A stretch of DNA of 64,000 nucleotides, taken from Hypanus sabinus (Eukaryota). Shown here piece by piece: positions 12,599 through 24,486 of the stretch (positions within the stretch are counted from its first letter, which is position 1; each line of letters opens with the position of its first letter). The position numbers and the translations under genes are program-made. The stretch is from the NCBI RefSeq assembly GCF_030144855.1, contig NC_082718.1, positions 91,140,001 through 91,204,000 of the forward strand, in the 5' to 3' direction. The notes under the pieces are model-generated. The model saw nothing but the letters and a program-made list of their open reading frames with translations, was not told where the DNA came from and did not search any database.

Positions 12599-12671
12599 CA
12601 GGGGTTCCCAACCTTTTTTATGCCATGGACCCCTACCATTGACCGAGGGGTCTGTGGACATCAAGTTGGGA
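12599..12671 (+). mobile_element. ~80-bp hAT (Charlie-type) MITE nested in the Tigger-like element
   Basis: Starts caggggttcccaacc, identical to the left TIR at 40734. The right end is eroded (aagttggg). Confidence 0.8.
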
Positions 12672-13227
12672 GATGTTAGTAGTGTCCTAATTTGTTCTAT
12701 ATTTCATTTACAGTAAATACGTATTGTTCCTCAGTTAAATGATAGTTTGTCTTTTTATATACCTTTTAATGATTTCCATCAAACTTTGGCTAATTGGGAC
12801 AGCTGCTTAATTGGGCCAAAGTGTACTGGTCTTGATGTGTCCCAATTAACTGGAATCCACTGTATTTGCATTTAGAGCTGAACTGTGGTTGACCAATCAA
12901 TTTTCCAACATTACAATAACATCTATTTCTCATAGGCTAATGCCTGTAACCATTTCGTTTGTGGTCTGTGGTTGTGGGAAGGCCATTAAGTTAGTCTTTT
13001 TTCCCCCAAAAAACAAACTAAACAAGCAGTTCAAGCTGGCCTGGAACACGTTGACCAACATAGCAAGCTGCAGGCATTGTTCCAATGAGCACTTAGATGC
13101 AAGTACAGTAGTTTCCCTTCTGCATTGGGAAGCTGTTTATGTCTATCAAGATGCTTAGCGGGAAAATTAATAATTTTGATTTTTTTTTCAATGCAGTTAT
13201 GTAGCCACATTCCCAGTAACCTGTTAT

Positions 13228-13500
13228 GACACAGCAGTGTAACAATTTGCAGATCTGCTGTAAGATTAGGGTTCAATTCGCTCTGCCGTCTAATGAGTTT
13301 GGACATTCTCCCTGTGCCTACGTGGGATTCCTCCGGGTGTTCCAGTTTCCTCCCAAATTCCAAAAGATACATGGTTAGGGTTAGTAAGCTGCCGGCATGC
13401 CTTGTTAACACTGGAAGCAGGTTGACGTGTGTGGTCTGCTCAGTCCTTACGAATTTGATTTGACACAATGACATATTTCACTGTATGATCTGATATACCT
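13228..13500 (+). mobile_element. V-SINE
   Basis: B-box-like gggttcaattc plus V-domain gagtttggacattctccctgtgcctacgtgggattcctccgggtgttccagtttcctccc. Confidence 0.75.
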
Positions 13501-14019
13501 GTCATAAGCAGCATCCATCATCAAAAATCCTCACCACCCAGGCCATGCTGTTTTTTTTATTCTCACTGCTGCCATCAGGTAGGTACAAAGGCCTCGGGAC
13601 TTGCACCACCAGGTTCATGAACAGTTACTACCCCTCAACCATCAGGTTCCTGGAACAAAACACTACACTCATGTATTGAGATGTTCCCACAACCAGTGAT
13701 CTCATTTAAGGACTCTTTATCTTGTTATTTCATGCTGTAATTATTTATTGCTATTTATCTATATCTACATTTGCGCAGTTTGTTGCCTTCTACACTCTTC
13801 CTCTTTCATTGATCCTGTTTACAGTTACCATTCAGCTTTACTGAAATGTTTTCATACATCAGAATAGTGTCCATTATTAGGCATTTTGAGCTTCTGAATT
13901 CAAAGGGACACTTTAACTATTTGAAACTGATGCATTCGAGATGTGCAATGTATAATTTTTCTGCAAGTTTACCTTCAGTGGTAGAAACTTAGCCTGATTT
14001 AATTTTCAAGCACTTGATG

Positions 14020-15692
14020 CTTGACAGCTGTGGCAGGGCCTGAATATCATCACCTCTTACAAAGTGAGACCAGGTGACATGGGTTGACAACAAGGTTTTG
14101 CTCCCAGGTGAGTTCTGCGCCTTCTATGCTCGCCTTGACCAGCAAAACATGCAGGAACCTTCACAAAGTCTCACAGCCCACGATGACCTTGTGGTTTCAG
14201 TCTGATGCTGAGATGAGAGCATCTTTCAGGAGGGTGAACCCATGGAGACCATCCAGCCCATTGGGGTACCTGGCTGAGTACTAAAGACCTGTGCTGATCA
14301 ACTGGCTAGAGTGTTTACTGGTGTCTTTAACTTCTTGCAGTCTGGAGTGCCCACCTGCCTCAATGACTATTGTCCAGTAGCACTCACATCCACTGTGACA
14401 AAGTGCTTTGAGAGGCTGGTGATGAAGCTTATCAACTCCAGCCTGAGAAGTGACTTGGATCTGCTCCAATTTGCCTACAGGCACAACAGCTCCATAGCAA
14501 ATGCCATTTCATTGTCCCTTCACTCAACCCTGGGACAGTTGGACAGAAAAGATGCATACATCAGGATGCTCTTTATCAACTGCAGCTCGGCATTCAGTGC
14601 TGTCATCCTCTCAAATCTAATCAAGAGTTTGGCCTCCTTGTGCAATTGATCCTTAATTTCCTCACTTGCAGACCCCAGTCAGTTTGGATTGGCAACAATA
14701 TCTCCTTCACGATCTCCACCAATGGAGGTGCTCCACAAGGCTGCGTGCTGTGTGCTTAGCCCCCATTCTTCTCACTTTACACTTGTGCCTGTGAGGCTAA
14801 GCACAGCATCAATGCCATATATAAATTTGCTGACGACACCAATGTTGTAGGCCAAATCTAGGGTGGGGACGAATCAGCATATAGGAGGGAGATGGAAATC
14901 TGACTGAGTGGTGCCACACCAACCTCTCACTCAATGTCAGCAAAACCAAGGAGCTAATTATTGACTTCCGGAGTAAGAAACCTGAGGTCCATGAGCCAGT
15001 CCACATTGGGGATCAGAGGTGGAGAGAGTCAGCAACTTTAAATTCCTTGGTGTTATCATTTCAGAAAATGTATCCTGGGCCCAGCACTTGTGTAATTACA
15101 ATGAAAGCACAGCAGTGCCTCTACTTCCTTAGAAGTTTGCCAAGTTTCAGCATGACACCTACTTCTGACAAACTTCTACAGATGTGTGGTGGAGAGTATG
15201 TTGACTGGCTGCATCTCAGCCTAGTATGAAAACACCAATGCCCTTGAACGGAAAATCACATCTACTCAGTGCTGCCGCAGGAAAACAGCATCCATCCTCG
15301 AGGACTACCGCCACCCAGGCCGTGATCTCTTTTGCTGCCGTGATCTCTGAAGTTACAGGAGCCTCAGGCCTCAGACCACCAGGTTCAGTAACAGTTATTG
15401 CACTTCAGCCATTAGGCTCTTAAACCAGAGGGGATAACTTCACTTGCCCCATCACTAAACTGTTCCCACAACCTATGGACTCACTTTCAAGGACTCTTCA
15501 TCTCGTATTCTCGATATTTATTGCTTTTACACTGTTTTTTTGTCATCGTCTGTCTTGTTGGGTTTGGTCTTTCATTGATTCTATTGTGTTTCTTAGAGTT
15601 GCTGTGTATACCCGCAAGAAAATGAATCTCAGTGTCATATATGGTGACATGTATGTACTTTAATAATAAACGTATTTTGAAGTTTGAACTTT
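14020..15692 (+). mobile_element. Rex1/Babar-type non-LTR retrotransposon, 5'-truncated and frameshifted
   Basis: Translations include CLNDYCPVALTSTVTKCFERLV, QFAYRHNSS, YIRMLF, GAPQGCVL and KFADDT. The 3' end has aataaa followed by a (tttgaa[c/g])n tail. Confidence 0.88.
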
Positions 15693-15876
15693 GATTATTT
15701 TGATCCAGGCTTGGGAAAGTCTGAAGTTTTAATAAATTTACCTTCACAGATGGTATAGAGGAAACCCCTGCTTTAGGACCTTGGAGTAATAAAAATTTGC
15801 CCTTACAGATTCATAAATCATAACTCAGAAACTTGAGATACAAAATTAAATTCATTCTCACAGAATGAACTCCTTT

Positions 15877-16253
15877 CAGGCTTCCAGTCGGGTATAGGTA
15901 TTGATTATAACTGACCTGGGCATGTCTAGTCCGGTGGTATTTGTACCCCCATAGTCCGTCCCTCCTGATTAGTTAGTCCTCATCCAATCAGGTTTCTGCT
16001 CTCCCATTTTGTGTACAATCGGTTATTCGTCATTAACACCCGGAAAGCCCTAGATTCTTTTTCAATTTTAGGCAAGGTGGGAGAGCGGAAACCTGATTGG
16101 ATTAGGACTAACCAATCAGGAGGGCTGGACTAGAGGGGTGTAAATACTACCAGACTACGCATGCCCAGGCATCATCCCTGATGCAGATAGCAGAGTTTAT
16201 CATGAAAATGTCGGTCAGCATCGATATCTGTACCAGGCTGGAAGCCTGAGAAG
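15877..16253. mobile_element. Fold-back element from a second Penelope-like family (pLTR-like arms)
   Basis: 15877-16010 is reverse-complementary to ~16078-16253 (tcaggcttccag / ctggaagcctga; ccaatcaggtttc / gaaacctgattgg). The right arm has a hammerhead-like cctgatgcagatagcagagtttatcatgaaaatgtc. Confidence 0.65.
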
Positions 16254-16763
16254 TACTTATTTGTCTTACACGCTGGGAAAACACTAATTTCTTTTTCACT
16301 GGTGTGAGGGAGGGGATTCAATAAACTCTTACACTCACTTGCATTTCCTTGACACGCACAGATGATGCGGCTTAGCATTATGGAAGATCACAATGTGGAT
16401 AATTTTTTTGGAAACGCAAACTCCATTCCCCACAACCAAGGGTTACCTATGTTTTATTCTCATGTAAGGTCAGTGTAACTTTGAAACATGTACTTTGTTA
16501 CATTCTTTGTACACGAGCAGACTTCAGAATTTTAATTCCTTACCCTGCACCTTCTCCATGATATCTGCTGCTACATTCCTGCTCAGCCATTTATTCCTGA
16601 ACACAACTTTAATTTCTTTATTCTTGCTTGGCCTCCTTTCCCTCTCTGAGACTAATTATTCAGTCTTGTACCTCTCCGCCGTTGGCAGCTCCCTTACTGA
16701 CTTTGTCTAATCCTGCATCTTGCTTAGTCATACATTTTTCACTAGAGTTGCTCCTATAATTAA

Positions 16764-17510
16764 GACGAGAGATGCTGGAAATCCAGAGTAACAAGTACAA
16801 AATGCTGGAGGAACTGGGCAAGTCAGGAAAGGAATTAAGTGCTAACGTTTTTGGCTGAGACTGGGGTGGGGGAGGCTGAGTAAGAGGAAGGAGTACAAGC
16901 TAAAAGGTAGTAGTTGAGGCCAAGTGAGGGTGAAAGGAGAGTGAAGTGAGAAGCTGGGAGGTGATAGTGAAAAGGTAAACAACTGAAGAGGAGGAGGTGA
17001 GTGGATTGTGGGAGAAAGGGGAAGAGGAATGACACCAGAGAGAGGTGACAGGCAGGTGAGAAGAAGAGGGGAGTAAGAGTGGGGAACGGAAGAGGGATGT
17101 GGGGGAGGGGGAAATTGCTGCAAGTGGTTCATGCCATCAGGTTGGAGGCTACCAAGACGGAATATGAGTTGTTGCTCCTCCAACACAAGAGTAGCCATCT
17201 TGTGGGTGTAGAGGAAGCCGTGGGCCAACATGCTGGAATGGGGATTGGAATAAAAAATGGTGGGCCACCTGGACGTGTCCCGCCGATGTTGAGGAGATCT
17301 CCTCAGGAGCACCGAACACAGTCAATGATCCTTTTGGACTTGCAGGTGGTGTGTTGCTTCAGCTGGAAGAACTGCTTGGGGCTCTGAATATGGGTGAAGG
17401 GGGAGGTGAGTGGGCGCGTGTAGCACTTGGGTTTGCAGGGACAATTAATGAGAAGGGAGGGTAAAGATGTGTTTGGTGGTAGGATCCCATTGAAGGTGGC
17501 AGAAGTTCTA
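16764..17510 (-). mobile_element. Penelope-like element 3' end: GIY-YIG endonuclease remnant plus terminal repeat
   Basis: Minus-strand CPCKPKCYT...TTCKSKRIIDCVRCS and LEEQQLIFRLGSLQPDGMN. These are followed by a pyrimidine-rich UTR and the same gagttcctccagcattttgt...tccagcatct end as the short repeats. Confidence 0.85.
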
Positions 17511-17757
17511 ATAATCTTCATTCATGTTTGTTTTTAAAAACCTTCTATTATCATACCACCTTCCAACCTGTTGTGACTGTGATATAGCTTGAGAGGTATG
17601 GCAGTTACTTCTGAGGCTACTCTGACAAGCACCTGCAAAATCAACAATCTCCTCCCAACAGGTGCTCAAGGACACAACTGCCTGAAATCTTCATGCAGCT
17701 CCCTGGCAGAGCCTCACACGATCCTGCCTTAGAAAAATACTTGTTCATTGCAGGGTC

Positions 17758-18224
17758 TGTTGTGACCGTCAATGAAAACCACCAGAGAGACAAAATGCTG
17801 GTGGTATAAAAATCTTTATTCGGCACATTCAAGCTGGCATCCCTTGGAGTCGCTCAGGATAGAGGCTAACTGACCCAACTTTACATCACATATGCTAAAG
17901 ATCGAAGGTAATGACAGGGACAATTCTATAGTTACAATCTATCTACAGTGCTTCCTTTGAATTGCATATAATTTTCAAACACCAACATCTTTACATCCAC
18001 ACTCCAGACACCCAAGATGAATGTTAATCACCCTGGTTCTTTCCTGCATTCATCCAGATGCAGACATCTCAGGTGTTTGCAGTCATTCCCAATCTGCAGC
18101 TCCAGGAACACCGTTGTTCTGAGCAGCATTTTAAAACTCTAATCTACAATCCACATTCTAAAGACCCGTTGCTGTTGAAATTGATATTTGCTATATTCCA
18201 TAAACTCCAGAGTACACCCTAACA
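17758..18224 (-). mobile_element. Solo LTR (467 bp)
   Basis: TGTT...AACA termini with 4-bp TSD ggtc (17754-17757, 18225-18228). AATAAA on the minus strand at ~17815-17820. Confidence 0.7.
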
Positions 18225-19431
18225 GGTCTAAGTTTCAGAACTCCTTACCCAACAACACGGGGACTATCCCCACAAAGCTCGGTGGTTCATTAGGGAAGCC
18301 CACACACCACCGTCTTTCTAAGGCAAACTAGGCATAACCAACGAACGCTGGAAATTGAGTAAATAACCTAATTAGAATGCAAAGTTAAATCCCCTGAAGT
18401 GCTGGTGGTTTTGCTTTGCAGCCTGATTACATTTAGAGCAGTGCGTGTCATTGTTAAGATATTGCAGTCCGTATCGTTTGATGTTTTAGTTCATTAGCAA
18501 GATACTTGCTTTTAACTCATTGCAAAAAGAGTTGGTGCTTATAGGCTTGAAACTGAAAGGAATTGCTTGTAATAGTTAAAACTGCACGCATATTTTTTCA
18601 ATCACTGGATTTGAACGGGGGTTTAAATAAACAAGTATTCCTAAACCATCGAGTTTAGTCAGCCATTACTGGTATGAAGCCTGTCTCTTGGCTGTGATCT
18701 CCACCGGCTTATCTTTCGATAGCAGTTGATTTCCATGGTGTTGTTTTTGTCCACATTTTGCTTTCACAAGTCAGGAAATGGGTTTACTTTAAGTGAAGCT
18801 GCACTCAAAGTGAAACATTTAACAGGAAGTTCTGAAGGCTGCTTTTGCATAGTGCTACTGTGTTTTCCATAAATTTGAAGTGTAGCTCCTGCTTGCTTAA
18901 AATGTACGAAATGCAGACCCAGGTTTTGCATGGACTGTTGTAACAATTGGATAATCAGTGTTAGATTGCAACTCTGTCTGGAAAAGACACAGAGCACAAT
19001 TTGTGCAAGTGAAGGATGGATTGGCAAAAGTTCCAAATGAGTGACAGAATGGGGCTAGAGCTGAAAGGCCAACTTGTGTTTGTGGAGATCCTTATTAGGA
19101 AATTATCTTGCGAAATGTTAGCAATCGGCCTAATGATCTGGAATAGTTCAGTTTTAGGGGCAGTTATGCACTGGTGGGGAAGTGGCCCAGGCTTCTACTA
19201 ACCAGTCTATAGCCTTGCTTTGTAGTGACAGAGTCGAAGATGGCCATTTAATCTTTGTCTCTTAATAGCAAATCCAGTTTATCCCTTTGTGTTTGTTTTT
19301 TCTTATTTTTATTTCATACTACTTCATATAATTTTATGTAATTATTAAAACATACAGTGGAACAGTACAGCAGATCCTTTTAGGCTATGATGTTAAACTA
19401 ATCTATACAAACCTACTCCACAATCAATCTA

Positions 19432-20708
19432 CCGTAAATTCCAGTGTATAAGCTGAGAATTTGGCCCCAAATTTTGGTCCTAAAATTAGGGAGTTGGCTT
19501 ATACACAGGATGCCAACCTTGGAGAAACGAATACACAGAAAACAGGTCGTATTGGCTGTTTTTGAGTCAAATTCATTCCACTGTCGACGCATGAATCCTC
19601 TGAATGATTTGTTTAAACTCACACCTAGTGGCTGGAGCACGGAGATCAAACCACTGTGGATGACTGCAATGTCCGTATTTTCAGCTTTCAGTGCTGCTTT
19701 TGTCTCACCTGATAAGTGCACTTTGAAGATGTCCCAGACAAGTAGCGACTTTTCTTTCCCAAAACCTTCGGGATGTTGACGCCACACCTCACACCTCTTT
19801 AACCCACTTCAAGCAACTGGGTTTGTCCATCCAGCAGCGTTCTTGAACATAAACAACACTCCACGGGAATTTTCAGAGCAATCTTTGTTTTTTTGTCTCA
19901 ACACAAGATCATGTCTATTCATAAATCGGGTGCACCAACTTCGCGTAGCTTTGAAATTTTCGCTGACCTCATGGTGTTTTTCATCCCATTTCAGCGCTTG
20001 AACTTGAATTATTTCTCTGGTAACAATGTATCTGGTCAATCGCTGGTGATTCACCCACTCTAAAACTTTTTCTTCCAGTTCTGGCCACTGGCATGTTTTC
20101 CTGCGGTTTGCACATTTCATCCTTGGCATTTTCCTCAGCGTGTCCTCTGCACTTCTCCACTCTCTCACTTGTTTCTCGTTTACACTAAACTTCTTAGCAG
20201 CTGCAGAATTATTCGTTCCTTTAGCAAAATCAACAACCTTCAGCCCGAAGCCAGCATCATATCGCATTCGTTTTAAACTTTTGTACATGGTGGTCGCAAA
20301 CTCAATACCGAGTAGACGTACTGATCCCGCCACCCCGTGTTGTTTTAACGAGATTACGATGGGTGCTAAATGGTTTCGCGGGGAGTTACAATTCTGAGGA
20401 TTCTTTACCTTTGGAGACCTAATCCAAGATTTCCCTCCCTGATTTATTTATTAAGAATTGGCTTATAACGCTCTACGATGTGTAGGCCTATTTTCTTAGC
20501 AAGTACTGATTCACAAAATTTCCCGGTTCTGGATCCAGCAAAGCTGAGTACCGGCATGTGATATCTTGTGATCTTTTCTGGTTAAATCAAAAACCTCTAC
20601 AAAAGGGGTCAGCTTATACAAAGGTACCATGAAAAGGGCACTTTTTTTAACCTTGAGAATGGGGGATTGGCTTATACTCCGGGTCAGCTTATACTCCGGA
20701 ATGTCCGG
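19432..20708 (-). mobile_element. pogo-superfamily (Passer/POGK-like) DNA transposon, internally deleted
   Basis: ~26-bp TIRs ccgtaaattccagtgtataagctga / tcagcttatactccggaatgtccgg with TA on both sides. ORF 19809-20333 encodes Brinker-like DBD plus CENP-B HTH (WPELEEKVLEWV, FKATRSWCTRFMNRH). ORF 19413-19787 encodes part of the DDE domain (LLVWD..VH, LQPLG). Confidence 0.9.
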
Positions 20709-20719
20709 TAGGCATTCAT

Positions 20720-22125
20720 CTGACCCAGTCCATCTTTCTTAGATGCATGTGCCTCAGAGGCTTTTAAATGACTCCATTGTACCACCATCATGAGCAGTGC
20801 ATTCCAGGCACCCATAGCTCTCTCTCTCTCTCTTCAGATTCCTCTGATATTGTCCCCCAAACTTTCTTTGAATTAAAGGAATGTATTGGCCACTGCCACC
20901 TTGTGGGAGACAGATGCTAGCTGTCCACTCTAACTTTGCCTCTTACCATCTTGTACACCTCTGTCAATTAATTTCTCACCCTCCCTCGCTTCAAAGAGAG
21001 AAGCCCCAGCTCACTCATCCTGCCTTCATAAGCCACGCTCTCTAACCCAAGCAACATCATGGTTAATCTCGGCACACCCCTCCCGTGATGAAGCGAGCAG
21101 AATGAAACACAGGCTAACCAGGGTTTTCTCAAGCCACAACATTACCTCACAGCCCTTGAACTCAACTCCACGACCAGTGAAGGCCAGAACACTATATGCC
21201 ACCTTAACCACCCCATCAACTTTGAGGGATCTATGGATCTGGATCCCAAGATCCTTATGTTCCTCCACACGGCCAAGAATCCGGCCTTTAATCTCGGATT
21301 CCACCTTCAAATTCACTCTTCCAAAGTGCATCACTTTTCCAATTGATCTCCATCCACCACTTTTATCAATGTCTATATTCCATTGTAACCTACCACACCT
21401 CCAACCTTTGTGTCTTCTGCAGACTTAATAACCCCACCCCTCCACTTCCTCACTCAAGACATTTATTAAAATAATCACCTAGCAGGGTTCCCAGGACAGA
21501 TCCCTGCAAAACACCACACAATGCTGTTTATCCCTGTTAAGACCATGATTCTCCCAGTGTTCATAAATCCTGTCCCTAAGAATCCTCTCCATCAGTTTGC
21601 CCACCACTGGTATATCATTCCCAGGATGAGACCTGTTTACATTGAACGACGTGTGCCTGCCTGCAATCCTTCACTGCCACTCCTGTGCCTGTGAGGGATG
21701 TAAATCTCGTTGGCAATCTCTTTCCTCACTTCCCATCGTAACCAGGGGTTTATCCTGTCTGGCCCCAGCGTCATATCTATCCTAGTGTTTTCAGAAGCTC
21801 CACTGCTACCTCTTCCTTAACCTCGACATGCTCCAGTGCATTAGCCTGCTCTGCCCTGAGCTCACGTTTATCGAAGTCCCTTTCCTTGGTGATCACCAAA
21901 GCAAAGTATTCATTAAGGAGTCCCCTGTTGCCTGCACATCCAGGTACATGTTATCCACCTATATCACTGAGCACTCTAATCATCTTCCTGTTCTTCACGT
22001 TAAGTGTAGAACACCTTGAGATTGTCCTTAATGCTACCAAGGTCTTCTCATGTTCCTTCTAGCTCTCCTCAATCCCTTCTTTAGCTCCTTCTTGGCTACC
22101 TTATAATCGTCGAGTTTCCTGCTTT
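20720..22125 (-). mobile_element. CR1 LINE fragments, decayed
   Basis: Minus-strand MHFGRVN...EEHKDLGIQIHRSLK...KVAYSVLAF..RGVEFK corresponds to the CR1 ORF2 C-terminal region. Confidence 0.75.
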
Positions 22126-22252
22126 GCGTCTGGGTAGCCTCCGACCTGATGGTATGAACATCAATTTTTCAAACTTCCAGTAAAATTTCCCCCCCATCTT
22201 CACGATTCCTCATTCCCTTTACCCCATCACCTTATCCCCCCCCCCCCCCCGT

Positions 22253-22331
22253 GTGCTTGCTTCAGCAGCACATATACTAAAATTGGAACAATACAGAGAA
22301 GATTAGCATGGCCCCTGCGCAAGGTTGACAC
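22253..22331 (+). pseudogene. RNU6: U6 snRNA retropseudogene, 3'-truncated (nt 1-79)
   Basis: 75/79 identity to vertebrate U6, including the ACAGAGA box. Three of the four changes are CpG transitions. The 3' ~27 nt are missing, and it is flanked by the direct repeat caccttatcccc. Confidence 0.95.
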
Positions 22332-22636
22332 CTTATCCCCTTGCCTGTCCATCACCTTGCTCTGGTGCTCCTCCCTTTTTCTTTCTTCCATGACCTTCTG
22401 TCCTCTCCTATTAGATTCCCCCTGTATCTCTTTCACTAATCAACTTTCCAGCTCTTTACTTCACCCTTCCCCAAAGGTCTTCCCTTATCACCTTGTGTTT
22501 CTTTCTCCCCCCCCCCCCGCTTTCTTACTCTGACTCCTCATCTTTTTTCTCCAGTCCTGATGAAGAATCTCAGCTCAAAATTTCGAGAGTTTACTCCTTT
22601 CCATAGATGCTGCCTGGCCTGTTGAGTTCTTCCGCT

Positions 22637-22640
<4 letters not shown>

Positions 22641-22696
<56 letters not shown>

Positions 22697-22720
22697 TTTT
22701 TGTTCGTGTTCGTGTTCGTG
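22641..22720 (+). repeat. (TG)n microsatellite grading into (TTCGTG)n
   Basis: About 26 TG units followed by tttgtttttgttcgtgttcgtgttcgtg. It expanded from the short tgtgtgtg tract native to the host repeat. Confidence 0.95.
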
Positions 22721-23684
22721 TTCTCCTGCAGATTGTCTCTTGTTTCTATCAGGAATCCTAACAAACACAGCCCCATCTAAACTTCTTGCACCTTTCCAAA
22801 ATCTGCGGCCTTATTTGCACCTCAGTTTCCCAAGGCTGTTGGGGGAGGATATAGAATACTCCAAACACAGTGATGGTTCCCTTTCTGACTTCCACCCATA
22901 CTGACTCAGCAGATGTCCTCCCTTCCTGCAGCTGTGATATATACTCTGTGATTAGCAATGCACTCTTCCGCCCTCTTGTTTTTTTAAACCAACCTTACTA
23001 CCTCCTTTGCAACCTCCAGACCCTGGAATAACAAGCGGCTAGTGCAGCCCTTGTGGGAACTAAGTCTCTGTAATGGCCACAACATCATAATTCCATGTTC
23101 TGATCCTATTTGTATGATATTTAATAAAACACATAATTGCATGTAATATATATTGTTAACAAAATGTTCATTTTATCTATACTGGCATCCTAGCAGGCAG
23201 TGATTGCTAATCACTGGCTGCTGTCGAAAGAAGACCCTGTACTCGAGCCATCCCTCTCTCTATCTCTCTCTTTGATGCAGAATAGGAGCCTGTTGGTCCT
23301 CGAGACGAGGGCGGGGAGGGTGCTTGGAGACGTGATGCGGAAGTTGTAACCTCAGAATGGGGAGTTGCTGGTTGCAGGAGCGACTTCTCTCTCCCTCGAT
23401 AGAGAGAGAGAGCCTGTCTGAGATGCTGGGTTATGAACTATAGTTTTTAATGATCACTGGATCGAGGTCTCTTTGGGGTGCTTTGCTGTGTAGGGGTTGG
23501 GGGTCAACTCTGCTCCTGCTTGTGCGAGGGGAGGCTTTGATATTTCGATCATTCATTCTGTCTGGTTTTTGTCTTGCGGATATCTGTGAAGGATAAGAAT
23601 TTCAGGTTGTATACTGCATACATTCTCTGATATTAAAAGGAACCTTTGAACTCATTACCATTTGTCTATATATTTGTTATTTTT

Positions 23685-23969
23685 TAATTGACATACAGCA
23701 TGGAGTAGGCTCTTCCAACACTTTGAGTCATGCTGCCCAGCAACCCCCGATTTATTCATAGCAGTTTAGTACGTAGCACGATTTATTCATATCACGGGGC
23801 AGTTTACAGTTTACTAACCGATACATCTTTTGGATAATGGGAGAAAGTGGGAGTACCCATATAGTCACGGGGAGAATGTACAAACTCCTTACAGGCAGTG
23901 GTGGGAATTGAACCCAGATTGCTGGTATTGTAAAGCCCAGTGCTAACCACAATGCTACCGTGCCACCCC
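23685..23969 (-). mobile_element. V-SINE
   Basis: Reverse complement gives ggggtggcacggtagcattgtggttagc...gggttcaattccc...ggagtttgtacattctccccgtgac. Confidence 0.8.
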
Positions 23970-24486
23970 GTAGTATTATTCTATCAAGAGTCTCCATAAT
24001 TGTGAACACTGGTATTAAATCCTTTTAATCGGGAGAACTGCATTGGAATGAACACAAGTGGATTTGATTATCGTCCCTTTGTTTGCCATTTGCTGATGCA
24101 GACGCAATGTTAAATACAGTTTTAAAATTCCAGAAAGAAAAATGAAAGATAAACAAAACTACAGTTCCAAGTGCAATATTGAAAATCGAGATAATTTTGG
24201 CAGTTTGGTGGGAGGAATAGGGCCACTGTATACATTTCTCTGACAGGGACATTAAAGATCTTGGACAGGACTCGTAAACTGGGGAAAACAGAGGTATCTT
24301 AATCAGAGACTACTACACAGTGATCTGTAGACAGTTGAGAATTTGAACTTGAAAAATTGAAATTTTGCGAGTCACACAAGAGGCTCGGAAATCATAAAGG
24401 TTGTACAGCACAGCAACAGGTTCCGGAATGTTAACTCCTGTACTTCAGAATTCGTTCCAAGTAATTGTCTTGTCTTCTGTTTTTAG

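Larger units (their letters stand above)
11289..12862 (+). mobile_element. Tigger/pogo-like non-autonomous DNA transposon, copy 1, carrying nested insertions
   Basis: Right TIR ccaattaactggaatccactg followed by TA, and a degenerate left TIR tagtaggttctggttaattggg. Internal sequence is collinear with 32754-33814. Hosts a Penelope fold-back (11560-12283) and a hAT MITE (12599-12671). Confidence 0.75.
22127..22745 (+). mobile_element. Penelope-derived element (GIY-YIG C-terminus, UTR and terminal repeat) hosting a U6 retrocopy and an expanded (TG)n
   Basis: Begins LGSLRPDGMNINFSNFQ*. Contains cagtcctgatgaagaatctcagctcaaaa (hammerhead remnant ~22552-22590) and the family tail. Confidence 0.8.

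Noticed and set aside
19413-20333. Domesticated POGK/TIGD gene
   Set aside because: TIRs and TA TSDs are still present, the DDE domain is deleted and frameshifted, and a catalytic Asp is lost.
22253-22331. Functional U6 snRNA gene
   Set aside because: The 3' end and T-run terminator are missing, there is no PSE/TATA upstream, CpGs have decayed, and it is flanked by a TSD inside a repeat.
22538-22904. ORFs with HTHT / CVCV runs
   Set aside because: These are translations of the (TG)n microsatellite.
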